The notes under the pieces: model-generated
What the model was told of the DNA's origin: nothing
Databases searched by the model: none
Seen by the model: only the letters and a program-made list of their open reading frames with translations
Assembly (NCBI RefSeq): GCF_006345805.1
Contig: NC_042997.1
Location: 176,638,001-176,702,000 of the forward strand
Direction: 5' to 3'
Origin: Octopus sinensis
Taxonomy: Eukaryota
Length of the DNA: 64,000 bases
Part shown: in pieces, positions 25,201-38,165 of the stretch
How the letters are laid out: the number at the start of each line of letters is the position of its first letter
How positions within the stretch are numbered: position 1 is the first letter of the stretch
Made by a program: the position numbers and the translations under genes

Positions 25201-26492
25201 AGTCAAATTTGACACACACCATGTAACATTACATCAGACGATCTTCCATTTATGGCCTATAAATTCGTTCACAAGTACTTATAACATTCTGCATAATTTA
25301 CTGCATGTTCAAGATGCCATACTGCAGATTATTGGTAAGTTCCCAACAAGCTAGGTCTGTGATACTATTTCTACTTTCATTTATGCCGCATGTTTAATTT
25401 CTGGCTGTAATGATGGGCTTTGGCCTTGGCACATTATATGAAAATGAAGTCTTAAGTGGTGTGATCCAATGAGCTTTTAGGATTTATAAGCAGCCTTTTG
25501 TTTTACACCTTTGAAATCGTTTGGTAATCGGTAGCAGCTTTACTAATAATTTCCCCATATATCTTTTATGGTGATTCCTCCAGAAAAGATTGTAAAAATA
25601 TATACATGGTTCTACCACATGTTGATAAGAACACAGGAAATTGCTCTCAAGACAATTTAGTTATTGTATAGAAAACTTTTAGTTTCCTACATTTGAATTT
25701 AAGCTGCCTTTCTTCCAAATCTTGTCATTTTCTCAATATCCATGTTGTGCTTCAAAAATATGCAAATATTTTTTTTCAATTTGTGTTAGTTAAATGCTAT
25801 TTAACCCCAAGTTCACACTGGTTGAACAGCCTACAATTAAAGCTGTCCTATCAATGACTTTCCCATCAATTCATATATATATTTAGCACTATATTGTCCA
25901 ACATTTCCTTTAATTTTTAAGGCAGTTGGCTGTAATTTTAAGATTTGGTTGCTAGATCTAGCAGGTTGACCATGTATAGACTGCTCTACCCTCATCACCA
26001 CTATCTTTTTAGTAGGCTTAAATCTGAGCTTGGCACCAGATATGTTGTGCATGGTGCCTGAGAAACTGGCAATCCAGCCATATGCTCTTTACAAAGTAAT
26101 ATGGACTAACCGTTATGCTAAACTAGCCAGAACTGGCCTCTCACACCTACCCTACAACGTCATTCTAAGAATAAACAATCACATCATTAAAGTCTTGAAG
26201 TTCCAAGATAATGCATGATTAATTCAAAACAATGAATAAATAAGGATTGCATTTAACAGAGTAACCAGAATTTGGTTTATTTTTACTAGGTACAAGGATG
26301 ATCCATGCAGAGAAAGAGGTTCAGTTTATCAGGTTGAGAATTTTTCCTAAAGACCAACTTAAATTATCTATTTGAACATTTAAATTCAGAATCATAGAAC
26401 TCATATCATCAAACAAAGAATTTGATAAAAAATGAAAAAATAAAATAAAACAAACAAACAAATACAAAATAAACAAAAATTAAAAGCTCTAC

Positions 26493-26660
26493 CATTTGTT
26501 TTACTTGAATTATTTTCATCTGTGTACAACAGGAATTCTGCTGACCGAAAAGAGGAAGTGGAATAGTTGGCTGATACATATATAGAGTAAAATGTGTGAT
26601 TGAGAAGACCTTCAAGGCAAAACCACGTGACATCTGCTTTCACAGTTCTTTTGATGCTGG
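26493..26660 (-). CDS. MEGF9-like receptor exon 4 (FN3 C-terminal half)
   Basis: tttcag|CC acceptor. VTWFCLEGLLNHTFYSIYVSA fits the FN3 L-x-GL-xx-T-x-Y-x-I-x-V-x-A signature. The donor is either 26493 (gtagag) or 26505 (gtaaaa), both phase 1. Confidence 0.85.
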
Positions 26661-26730
26661 CTGAAATTGATAAAGAAAATTCCAAGATTGATAAAAACGC
26701 AATTTTATTGCTTGTGTGTGTGTGTGTGAG

Positions 26731-26796
<66 letters not shown>

Positions 26797-26853
26797 TGTA
26801 TTTGATAAACTTTGTGAATGGATTTGGTAGACAGAAATTGAAAGAAGCCTTTC

Positions 26854-26895
<42 letters not shown>

Positions 26896-27369
26896 ATGCA
26901 TGCATGTCTCCTTGCCATGACATTATACAACAGTCGTAAACAAGTGTCACTGTTGTGCGAGTGGTGTCCCTTCATTTCCAATTCCCTGTCTCTGGTCATG
27001 AGGAAATTTTAACATGTCTGGAAACAAGGTACAGTTGGCAAAAGGTGGGGCAACCAGCCATAGAAAATCTGCTTCAAGAAAATTCTGCCTGACCGATATG
27101 AACATGGAAAACTGGACATTAATCTGATGAGGATGATGATATGATCATCCTACCCTGTATTTAGGAAGTTGAGGCAAACATTGTCATGTTTTTTTCTAAA
27201 CATTGTTATAGGTGCAGACATGGCTGTGTAGTAAGAACTTGCTTCCCAACCACATGGTTTCATGTTCAGTCTCACTGCAAGGCATCTTGAGCAAGTGTCT
27301 TCTACTATAGCCTCAAACCGACCAAAGCCATGTGATATTGGATATGGTAGACGAAAACTGAAAGATTGT

Positions 27370-27416
<47 letters not shown>

Positions 27417-27989
27417 CTTTGTGCCCCTCACCCATCACTGCTTGACAACCAATGTCGGTGTGTTTACGTCCCCCTGTAACTTAGTGGTTAGGCAAAAGAG
27501 ACTGACAGAATAAGTACTAGGTTTAAAAAATAGTCCTGGGTTTAATTTGTTTGACTAAAACACCTCAAGGTGGTACTCCAGTATGGCTGTAGTCAAATGA
27601 CTGAAATAAGTAATATAACAATAAAATTAACAGAATTAAGAGTTTGAAATATTAAATTAAAAACTCAATGTTTTTGTTCAGTGTAGGTTTTCCAAAATAC
27701 TCATTTATAACTTAAGCATTATCTACCAAATTTGGGGGAAGGTTATAATCAATTATCCCAATTCTAATACTTGACTGACATTTTATCTACCCTAGAGGGA
27801 TAAAAGGTAATAATGATGTTGGTAGTATTAAAACTCAGAATGTAAAAGATTATAAGTAAATACTTCATGGGATTTTGTCTGATGTTCAAATGATTCTGCT
27901 ACACCAATGCCCTAAATATAAATGATCCAAAATTATTTTGATATAGTTGGAAGATTTGGACATAGAAGCAAAAACATCTAAATGTTTGA

Positions 27990-28245
27990 ATGAATTGCCA
28001 CTAACCGCGAAGTTCTTATCATCGTTAGGAGCTCGTTCATCAATGTGTCAGGTGATACATCCTTCAAAACTTCCACGCTTCTTGAGATTCGCCAACACTA
28101 CACCTGATTTTCTCCCCTCCATACACACGCAAACATGTATCTGACTCATACACTGTTCACTTTCCAGACATTTGTACATTACTGCATATGCTTTATACAC
28201 ACTTTTGACAAGTTGTGGTGCACCTGAGCACTGTATACAATAATT

Positions 28246-28275
<30 letters not shown>
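27990..28275 (+). mobile_element. LINE 3' end with (ATT)n tail
   Basis: GC-richer segment ending tgtatacaataatttc(att)n. Clade not determined. Confidence 0.45.
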
Positions 28276-28276
<1 letters not shown>

Positions 28277-28621
28277 AAGATTATCAATCTCATTCTAATA
28301 AATGAAAGGTTATTTTCAATTTATTCAAGCTCAGTGGTTGAATGGACAGTTTACCTTGAAATAAAGTTCCTAGTTTGAATCTAGAACATATCAAAAAGTA
28401 AGAGCCCTGATGATGATTGTAGATCAAATTAATGTAAATTTTGAAAAACCACTTTCATTTCTAAAGATGAGGTAAAACAAAACAAAACAAAACACTGCCA
28501 TCTTGCTGGAACAGGAACATCAGGTACCAAATTAGATTCTAAAAATCCTTTATCCAAATTTACTGTAACCAGCATAATCTTCAGCAATCAAGTCAGCTTA
28601 GATTAAAACAAAATATTTTAC

Positions 28622-29026
28622 CTTCTTCTGAATCCTTTTGTTTGTATTCAATTATATATTCATGTATATCACCAAATAAACCAATTTTGTTATTAATCTT
28701 TCCATGGTGGGCTTTGTATGAGAATCCCTTGTTTACAGAATTCGTACTGTTTTCAATTGATTGTTGTTCATTTTTTCTAAAGTTAACAGGTTTATTTTCT
28801 GCTGTTTGATATGATTGATTTGGTTGACTTTCTTCTGGTAATGGAATAGTAAGCTGGTGCAGTAATAAATCATTGGCATCTTTGTCAATGTTTGCATGGC
28901 TAATATAATTGCTAGGTAGAAAGTACACAGGACGTTCCCAGATGAGGTAGTATTTATTTGAGGAATCGTTCTCATTGGAAAATTGGAATGCTTCAAGTTC
29001 AAATGGAGCCAAGGCAGATGATATAG
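28622..29026 (-). CDS. MEGF9-like receptor exon 3 (FN3 N-terminal half with insertion)
   Basis: tttacag|CT to GAAG|gtaaaa; 405 nt, phase 1-1. Contains APFELEAF...YYLIWERP and IHEYIIEYKQKD, which fit FN3 strands A, B and C. Confidence 0.8.
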
Positions 29027-32000
29027 CTGTAAAGAAGAATAAAGAATTAACAAAAATGAGACAAGTGAAATCTAACAATGTTCTTTTTAGAAAAAAAGAA
29101 AAGATATTTACTTCAGAAAATAAGATTACTAGATTGATTGCTCCTGTTATGCCAAGAACACTAGATTTAATACAAGTTTATTACCCAGTATTGTACATGT
29201 TGGTCAGTTTTGCTATAACAAGTTCATGTCTTTGAGATTCTTTCACCACTTGCAACGTAGCAAGTAGAACTTTTCTTATTAAGTTGCCAAAATATATTGT
29301 AGTCCCTATATATATATATATACACACACACACAAAGTAAGATAGGGGTTATGGGTGTAACCCACTATGGGATAGTATTTATCCAATATAAAGTACCCAG
29401 ATTCTTAATACATAAATGTTTTTAATTGCAATGCAATTAACTCATTTATTGTATTAAATGGGTGAAGGTAAAGAAATATTTTTACCGTAAATTTATAATA
29501 CAAATAAGAAAATGGAGAAACAAATTTAGTTTGTTCATCAACTTTCGGATATTAGAATGTTGGATTATTTATTCATTCAACAAAATGGGAACCTTAATAT
29601 TATACATATATATCTTATAATTCCATACATATATATATATATGTATAGTTCAAATTTACAGAAAATAAAAGATGAAGACAGGTGAGGGAACAACAAGATG
29701 CATTAGTTTAATGCTTGGGAAGAATGGAAAAGTCTTTGATGTTCCAAGCCTACACTCTTCGACAGAAAGGATTGAGAAGAAGAAAAGGAGAGAGAACAAA
29801 AAAAAAGTGTAGGAATCAATGGTTTAATATGATGAAACGAACCCCTATACAGTTATCACAAGCATATTTTCCTTTCCTTTTTTGCCTAATGAACATTCTT
29901 ATTATTATCAATCCCCCCTGTGTATACTACAAAGTACTTATTTTGCTAACACAAGAGAGCAAAACAATCACATAATAATAAATGTAGCATTCAAACTCAA
30001 GAGTTGCGATCTGGAGTAATTTGTCAATTATATAAATCTGCTCAAGTGTTTGACATTTAGGTGTGTTGTGTTGTCTTGTATTATAATCTCATTCAAATTT
30101 CAAGTTTACAGTAATATAAATCAACTCAGTACTTAATTGGTGTTACTTTATTGACCTCAGAAGAATGAAAAGCAAATTTGACCTTGATGGAATTTTGAAC
30201 AACAAATGTAAAAAACTTTAACTAAATACAATATGGTATTTTGTCCGATGCTCACATAATTCTGGTGTATGGCATTTTACTAACATTCTAACAATGTCTA
30301 TACTATGTATGTTAGACTTCGAGCTGTAGATTTTAGCATTATTGTGGGGCTTCTGATAGACCAAAAAGGGGAAAACAATAAAAGAGTATGATGGTATTAA
30401 TGCGAGATGGCAGAATCGTTGGCACGCCAGGCGAAATGCTTAGCGGTATTTCGTCTGCCTTTACGTTGTGAGTTCAAATTCCGCCGAGGTCGACTTTGCC
30501 TTTCATCTTTTCAGGGTCGATTAAATAAGTACCAGTTACGTACTGGGGTCGATATAATCGATTTAATCCGTTAGTCTCCTCTGTGTTTAGCCCCTTGTGG
30601 GTAGTAAAGAAATAGGTATTAATGCAATTAATATGAAATTTGCAGTCAGTGCATTCTAAAAATACATGGTGGAAAGAGGGTCCTAGGAATAAAGGATTGC
30701 ATATATTAAATGCAGAATTTATGGCAATAAATGCTAGCAAGTGTAAGGTGAGAGAGACAGAGAAAGAGAGAGACTGGGGGGAAGGAGATAGAGAGGGAGA
30801 ACAGTAGTTTTTAAAATGAAGATTTGATCACTATAAACTAGTCAAGCAACTTATATTTTGATGGTTCAACATTTTCGTTTGAATAAGATAACACTTCTAA
30901 TTTTTCACATATGTATAGTTCCCCAGACAAACTCGATTACTAATAAAAACTAATTATGTACTAATTATAGAAGTGGTTCCCAATCTTTATGACTGTCATA
31001 TACTGAAAATGAAACAAAAAAGCATTACTGGTAAACTTCATATGGGGTTTAGGCATGGCTGTGTAGTTAAGAAGCCTGCTTGGCAACCACGTAGTTCTGG
31101 GTTGAGTCCCAATACATGACACCTTTGGCAAGTGTCTTCTTCAAAAGCCCCAGGTCGACCAATTGCTTGTGAGTGAATTTGGTAGATGGCAACTGTGAAA
31201 GCCTGTTGTGTGTGCATATATGTGTTGGTATTTGTCTCCACTTTCACTGTTTGACAACCAGTGTTGGTTTGTTTACACCATATAACATAACGGTTTAACA
31301 AAAGAAACTGACAGAATAAGCACCAGACTTAAAAAAAAAAAAGAACTGGGTGTTAATTGGTTTGACTAAAAACCCTTGAAGCCAGCGCCCTAGCATGGCC
31401 AGTATCTAATAACTGAAACAAGTAAAAGATAAAAAGTAAGGTGAAAAATAGAAAACTGTTGTTTATATATTGTTTTGTTAATTCTAACAAAATTCTTGTA
31501 ATATAGAATTCAATATGTTATCTTATTTCCTTATTGCCCACAAGGGGCTAAACATAGAGGGGGACAGACAAAGGGATTAAGTTGATTACATCGATCCCAG
31601 TGTGTAACTGGAATTTATCAACCCTGAAAGAATGAAAGGCAAAGTTGACCTTGGTGGAATTTGAACTCAGAACGTAACGGCAGAAGAAATACCTATTTCT
31701 TTACTACCCACAAGGGGATAAACACAGAGAGGATAAACAAGGACAGACAAGCGGATTAAGTAGATTATATCGACCCCAGTGCGTAACTGGTACTTATTTA
31801 ATCGACCCCGAAAGGATGAAAGCAGAATGTAATAGCAGAAGAAATACCGCTAAGCATTTCGCCCAGCGTGCTAATGTTTCTGTTAGCTTGCCACCTTAAT
31901 TCAATGTGTTATCTATCCATATTATGAATATGAATTTTCTAGTTTAACCCTTTAGTGTTCAGATTATTCTATCAAACGTAATGCTTATTGATTCACATTA

Positions 32001-33236
32001 ATTTGAATTAATCATACATTATCTCATATCTTCAAGATCTTGATGGTGTAATTACTTAATGTATAATAGCATTGTAGGGTAGGTGTGAGAGCCTGGATCT
32101 GGTCAGTTTGAACATAAAACTGATTAAATATTTTGGCCGGATATGGCCGGTTTAAATACTAAAGGGTTAAATTATATTATTAAAAATCTACAGTGCACCA
32201 GGATAACTTTTGTGACGTGTGGAATACAAAAACATTTCTGTTTGACAAACTTGGTTAACCTTTTCAAATATAATTTCATTCAAAACACATTGATGTGCAG
32301 GTATAATTTCAATGATGCCACATCACACACATACACCATTACTACATTTGTTATTCTTATGTGACATAGAGCACTTAGTGAAAATCAGGATATAATTGTA
32401 ATGCAACATGTCAAATAAAACTCAAGGTAAAGGTAAACAAAACAGCTTTTATAAACACACAGGCTTTATATACATACAGCCATGCACAAGATAGACACTT
32501 ATTAAAACTGGAGCTAAAAGGAGCGCCTCTATGTAGTCAGTCTGCAAGAAAGAGAAGCTAAATCTTCCTTAAATCATACACTGTTATCTTAGAAAAGGAT
32601 ACATTCCATGTGTTCCTAGGTTCTTTGCTCATAGGAAGACTGGATGTTGCCAGCTGGAATGCCATGGATTATAGATCTGCCCCCCACCCATTCTTGACCT
32701 CTGGTACAAAATGAAGCAAAAAGAAGTAATCTAAACATGCAACAAAAACAACAAAAAATTCTTTCTTATATGACAACATAATGTCTGTTCACATACAGGC
32801 AGACACACATATATACACATACATACACATGTATATATATATATATAAATACATAGTAAAAGAATACAAATAGTGTGGAAATGCTCAAATCCTGCTACAC
32901 ATGTTTTCATATTGTGGCTATTAATTTGTTCATTAATGTATCACACAACCAAAATATTTTGTCTAGCATTTTGAATAACTGACAGGTAAAACTGGTCTAT
33001 ATACATACATACACACACACACACGTTCTTTTATTCTTTTACTTGTTTCAGTCATATGACTGCGGCCATGCTGGACCACCACCTTAAAGAATTTTTTAAT
33101 CAAAGAAATCGATTTCAGGACTTATTCTTTGCAGTCTCTTTTGCTGAACTGCTAAATTATGGTGACGTAAACACATCAACATCTGTGGTCAAGCGATGGT
33201 GGGAAGACAAACACAGACACAAAGACACACACACAC

Positions 33237-33273
<37 letters not shown>

Positions 33274-33278
<5 letters not shown>

Positions 33279-33608
33279 GGGTTGGACAATATAATGGAAA
33301 CACCTAGCATCATAATTTTGAAATATCTATAAAACCATCAAAAGCTTCGTCATTTTTATGTTTTTGATTTATTATTAGTGTTGCTTAATACGTCTTGCTA
33401 AAATTGCTGTTTCTTTGCAGTTATCATCAGAAAAAGGTAATTAAAATTCATTAAAATGACAGATCTATTGGACTTTCAAAGAGATCAAATTGTTGGTGCT
33501 AGTATGGCAGGTATTAGTGTAACGAAAACAGCCAAAATATATCTGTTAAAACGAGAGGTCATGGTTATTTTTATTTTTGCATAATTTAGACAATTTATTC
33601 ACTGCACC

Positions 33609-33611
<3 letters not shown>
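33274..33611 (+). mobile_element. Tc1 5' fragment joined to the terminus of a second Tc1/mariner-like element
   Basis: TA-CACAGGGGTTGGACAA start; MTDLLDFQRDQIVGASMAGISVTKTAK is a Tc1 HTH start. The last ~75 bp recur at about 61590-61668. Confidence 0.7.
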
Positions 33612-33652
<41 letters not shown>

Positions 33653-35140
33653 AAATAAAAAAGCAAGCTGAGTGTTGAATATAGCAGGCCCTTACTTCAA
33701 TACTAAACTTGTCTCTGAATTCATTACTGATTTTCATCTTGCTGACTGCATCTCTGTACATGGCTTGTAATGGCTCTCAAAAGCCACTCATCTACACTTA
33801 GTTCCCTTATTGACCACCTTTTCCAGGTCAACAAAAGTTAAGTATAGTGGCTCGGTCTTAATTAAGTACTTCCCATGTAGGTGGTGCCTCTGCTATGTAT
33901 AAATATAGTCAAACTACATTTCATTTGGGCTAATTCTCAACCTAATTAGTTGAGCTATAACTCTTTCTGTAATTTTCATAACTTAGTCCAATAGTCAGAT
34001 ACCGCTGTAATTACCTCTCTTTAACTCTTTAGTATTTAAACCGGCCATATCCGGCCAAAATATCTAATCTGTTTTATGTTCAAACTGACCAGATCCAGGC
34101 TCTCACACCTACCCTACAATGTTAATCTACATTAGGTAATTACACCATCAAGATCTTGAAGATATGAGATAATGCATGATTAATTCAAATCAATGTGAAT
34201 CAATAAGCATTATGTTTGATAGAATAATCAGAACACTAAAGGGTTAAAGCATCACTATTGCTTTTGCAGCAGTTGATGATGATACTGGTATACCAGTCAT
34301 TGGCTAATTCCATTCCTAATCAAATGTGCTATGATTTTTTCTCAATAACATTCATGATGCAGTCCAACACTATGATGTCTCTGTAATTGCCTCTTACTAC
34401 TGCATTCCTTTTGATCTTGTAGCACTTTACAATGATACTTATTTCTTTACTACCCACAAGGGGCTAAACACAGAGAGGACAGACAAGGACAGACAAATGG
34501 ATTAAGTCGATTATATCGACCCCTGTGCGTAATTGGTGGAATTTGAACTCAGAACGTAACGGCAGACGAAATATGGCTACGCATTTTGCCTGGCATGCTA
34601 ACGTTTCTGCCAGCTCGCCGCCTTACAATGATACTGCTACACCAACCATTTGCTATGATACATCCTGCATTAGCTGATTTACCATTTCAGTGAGTCGCAC
34701 ACACCCTACTTTGCCATTTATTTTCGGTATATCAGCCACTATTCCTAATAGACAAGCAGCTCCCCAACCACATTGCTGTCAACTTGGATGCTTGTTTGTC
34801 TACATCAGAAGTTCTCAATGAATTTTTACCTATGGACCCCTCTGATTCCTATTTTGCTCAGGTGAAACATCATAACCATTCAATGTTTAAAAAATCTTAT
34901 CATATTTTCATAATCAAACATTAGGAATTGTATTTTAAAAATGTTAAAATATTTTGTGTGTTGTGGAAGTATAACCAGTTCATCGCACAAAAACTTTAAC
35001 AACAATATCTTATATGGACCCTGGTCGAAAACCACTAGTCTGCATGATATAGGCCAGGCATGAGCACTTATGTATGTGATATAGCCCATCATCAAACAGG
35101 TCAGATGACTGTAAAAATTCAAGGTAATTTTTTGTTAGGT

Positions 35141-35892
35141 GCGTGCGTACTCGACAGAGTGTAAGTACCTTGAGAGAAAAGTTGGACCTAAGAAGCATCA
35201 GATGTGGTGTGCAAGAGAGACGACTACGCTGGTATGGTCATGTGGCAAGAATGGATGAGGATAGCTGTGTGAAAAAGTGCCACACCCTAACGTTTGAGGG
35301 AACCTGTGGAAGAGGTAGACCCAGGAAGACCCGAGATGAGGTGGCGAAGCATGACCTTTGAACATTGGGCCCCACCGAGGCAATGACTAGTGACCAGGAC
35401 CTTTGGAAATATGCTGTGCTTGAGAAGACTAGGCAAGTCAAGTGAGACCATAACCTCATGGCCTATGCCAAGGGTGTAACCAGCCTACTTATGCATACCT
35501 TTCCTTCATTAGACACTAAACTCTGCTTGCGAAGACCTGTTGAGGCAAGTGAAATCGAAATAAAATTCGATGACTGGCATCCATGCTAGTGGAGCACTAA
35601 GAGCACCATCCGAGCGTGATCATTGCCAGAGCAACAAACTGGCTTCAGTGCCGGAGGTATGTAAAAAGCACCATTTGAGCGTGGCTGTTGCCAGTACCAC
35701 CTAACTGGCCCTCATGCCAGTGGCACATAAAAGCACCCACTACACTCTCGGAGTGGTTGGCATTAGGAAGAGCATCCAGCTGTAGAAACTCTGCCAGATC
35801 AGATTGGAGCCTGGTGCAGCTGTCTGGTTCGCCAGACCTCAGTCGAACCGTCCAACCCATGCTAGCATGGAAAGCAGACGTTAAACGATGAT
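35141..35892 (+). mobile_element. 5'-truncated RTE-clade LINE (ORF end plus full 3' UTR)
   Basis: LREKLDLRSIRCGVQERRLRWYGHVARMDEDSCVKKC...GRGRPRKT, then the 3' UTR ending acgttaaacgatgatga. Confidence 0.92.
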
Positions 35893-36486
35893 GAATTCAA
35901 AATAGTGTGAATAAATAAGTAATACATTTGACAGAGTAAACTGAATGCTAAAGGGTTAAAAGTGAGAATACATTGACCAGTCTCAATACATTCCCTCCTC
36001 ACTGGCACCTTAGTTTTTATTTTTATTTTTAAGGCACACTGTCTTACGATCCAGGAAATCACATGATCTTCATATTGCAGAACATGTGCAAATCTGTTTA
36101 CTGCTTCTCCCTCAATTGAGAGACAAACATATAGAGAGAGTGGGGTAGAAAGTAACAATACACATGCTTTGGACAAAGACAAAACAATGTCCATACATAT
36201 ACAGACATACACATGAAAATACAAAGACAGAACTACACACAGACAAAAAAACACACACACAGGTACAGAGACATATACATATATATATATGACAGAAACA
36301 GGTATACACATATACATACACACAGGCACAAATATACCCTGACACTCACATGCACAAACGCACTTAGATACATACACATAAACATACTTACATATACATG
36401 TACATACCGATGCATACACAAAAATAGCACACACATACAAGCTTATACACAGACAAATACATATGCTGAAGACTCCTACAGTTTAC

Positions 36487-36630
36487 ATTCTTCATCATCA
36501 AGCTGGTTGTTGTTTTTTCTAACCACAGTGCCTCCTATAGAAATGAACATTAACAGGCTTTGTCTGCAAACAAGTTTAGTACTTCTTGCCAAATATACAT
36601 TTTGCCATTTCCATTGAATAGAAACTGGCC
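36487..36630 (-). CDS. MEGF9-like receptor, probable exon 2
   Basis: Acceptor ttatccttatccaaag|GG, donor T|gtaaac; 144 nt, phase 1-1. Encodes GPVSIQWKWQNVYLARSTKLVCRQSLLMFISIGGTVVRKNNNQLDDEE and keeps frame between exons 1 and 3. No recognised domain, so less certain. Confidence 0.55.
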
Positions 36631-37264
36631 CTTTGGATAAGGATAAATATCCAAGTTTCACTTTCCTTCTGCTATGAAATCAATATAGCCAATCAAGCTT
36701 TGATGGACAAATGCAATCTTCAAAGGTCAAGCAGTTGATATTGCCTATCACATAGTCAGTGCATTGAAGAAACAAATCTCAAAGTAAACAGAAGCGATGC
36801 CATCAGACATATGGAATGGTAGGTAGTGTATATACGAATACAGAAAGAATGTAAATATTTTGTCTTAAGTGGGGATAAGGTATTTGAAATTATAATCATT
36901 TGTTCTAAACTAAGGGAAAAATAGATCAATGGTTTCTCTCTTTTTTTTTTTTTGCATTTGTTATTACCCAATCAAGGAGACCTATGACCTGAAGATGAAC
37001 AGTTGGGGGTCATCCTAATTTTCTAAATAACTAGAAGATTTTTTAATAATAATAGTAAATATAATGGTACCAAATTTTGCCACAAGGGCAGCAATTTTGG
37101 GGAGTGTTCAAATGGTGCTTATTTTTTTGACCCCGAAAAGATGAAAGGCAAAGTGGACCTTGGCAGAATTTGAACTCAGAATGTAGTGATGGGCAATATA
37201 CTGCTAAGCATTTCGTCCAGCGCACTAACGATTGTACTAGCTTGCCACCTTAATCATAATAATA

Positions 37265-38165
37265 ATGATTTCATTTATTTGCCACAAGGGTGAAGGATGA
37301 GGGGGACAATATAAAGACAAAGTGAGAGGGGTTTACATATAATGAAATTTAAAAAAAGGGGGGGGAAATGGAAAGAAAGAAATTCAGTATACACTGAAAA
37401 AGAAGGGACATATTCATAACATATAAAGGTTAAAAAAAAAGTAGCAGGGAGGATGATAGAGATGTGACCCTTCCTGATACAGGAAGGTCTCTAGGGATAA
37501 TGGAGGAACCCCACTGTCCGAGATTTCCCTGAAACTCCCAAGAGCAAGTGCCCTCTCCAATTCCTTCTCCCCAACTCACAGGTCTACACTTAGAGAGGTA
37601 CCATCCACTCTTACGATTTTTGCAACTTTCACCTACCTTTCAATAAACTCACTCGAGGACAGTACTTCCCTCTCCACTCTCAATTTCCTTTTCAAGTGAA
37701 ACTTGAAGAAGTCAATGAGAGCTCTACTAATGAGGGATGTATCTGTCCTCATGCCTTTCAGTCTTGTCCACCAAACAACCTCTTTTGCCACAGCTATCAA
37801 GCAAAGGAAAACTGCCTTGCTTGCCTGATTGAAGGAGGGCCGCAGTGCGATCATCACTAGACTTGGCTGATAGACGGATCTGTCCCACACATGACAACAA
37901 CTGTTCAACATAACCCCACAAGTCAGCAATGCCCAGACACTGAACGAGGGCATGCAGAATAGTTTCGACACTCTGCATGCACCTTGGACAAGCCTGTCTG
38001 TCAGCACATCTGTGCCTGTAGAGTTTACCTCGAACCAGTAGTGCCTCCTGGTAGAACTGCCAGGCCAAGCACATCTGGAAATTATCCATGATAGTTCCCA
38101 ACTGGAAAGTCCTCCGGAACAGACTAACCAGTTCATTCCAGTAATGTGAAATGGGCTACTCAACC
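37265..38165 (-). mobile_element. Tx1/L1-like LINE 3' end
   Basis: zf-RVT-like ACPRCMQSVETILHALVQC, followed by FLCLIAVAKEVVWWTRLKG...FFKFHLKRKLRVER; 3' end carries aataaa. Confidence 0.8.

Noticed and set aside
35862-36617. Long ORFs rich in C/V/Y/M or H/T/I (also 49721-50041, 51004-51527 and 58369-59045)
   Set aside because: These are translations of (CA)n, (TA)n and (CATA)n microsatellites, which lack stops in some frames.
36631-36672. Upstream acceptors (catag/cag) for receptor exon 2
   Set aside because: They give phase 2 or an immediate TGA after the phase-1 exon 1. Only the aag at 36631-36633 keeps frame, unless an unseen exon intervenes.
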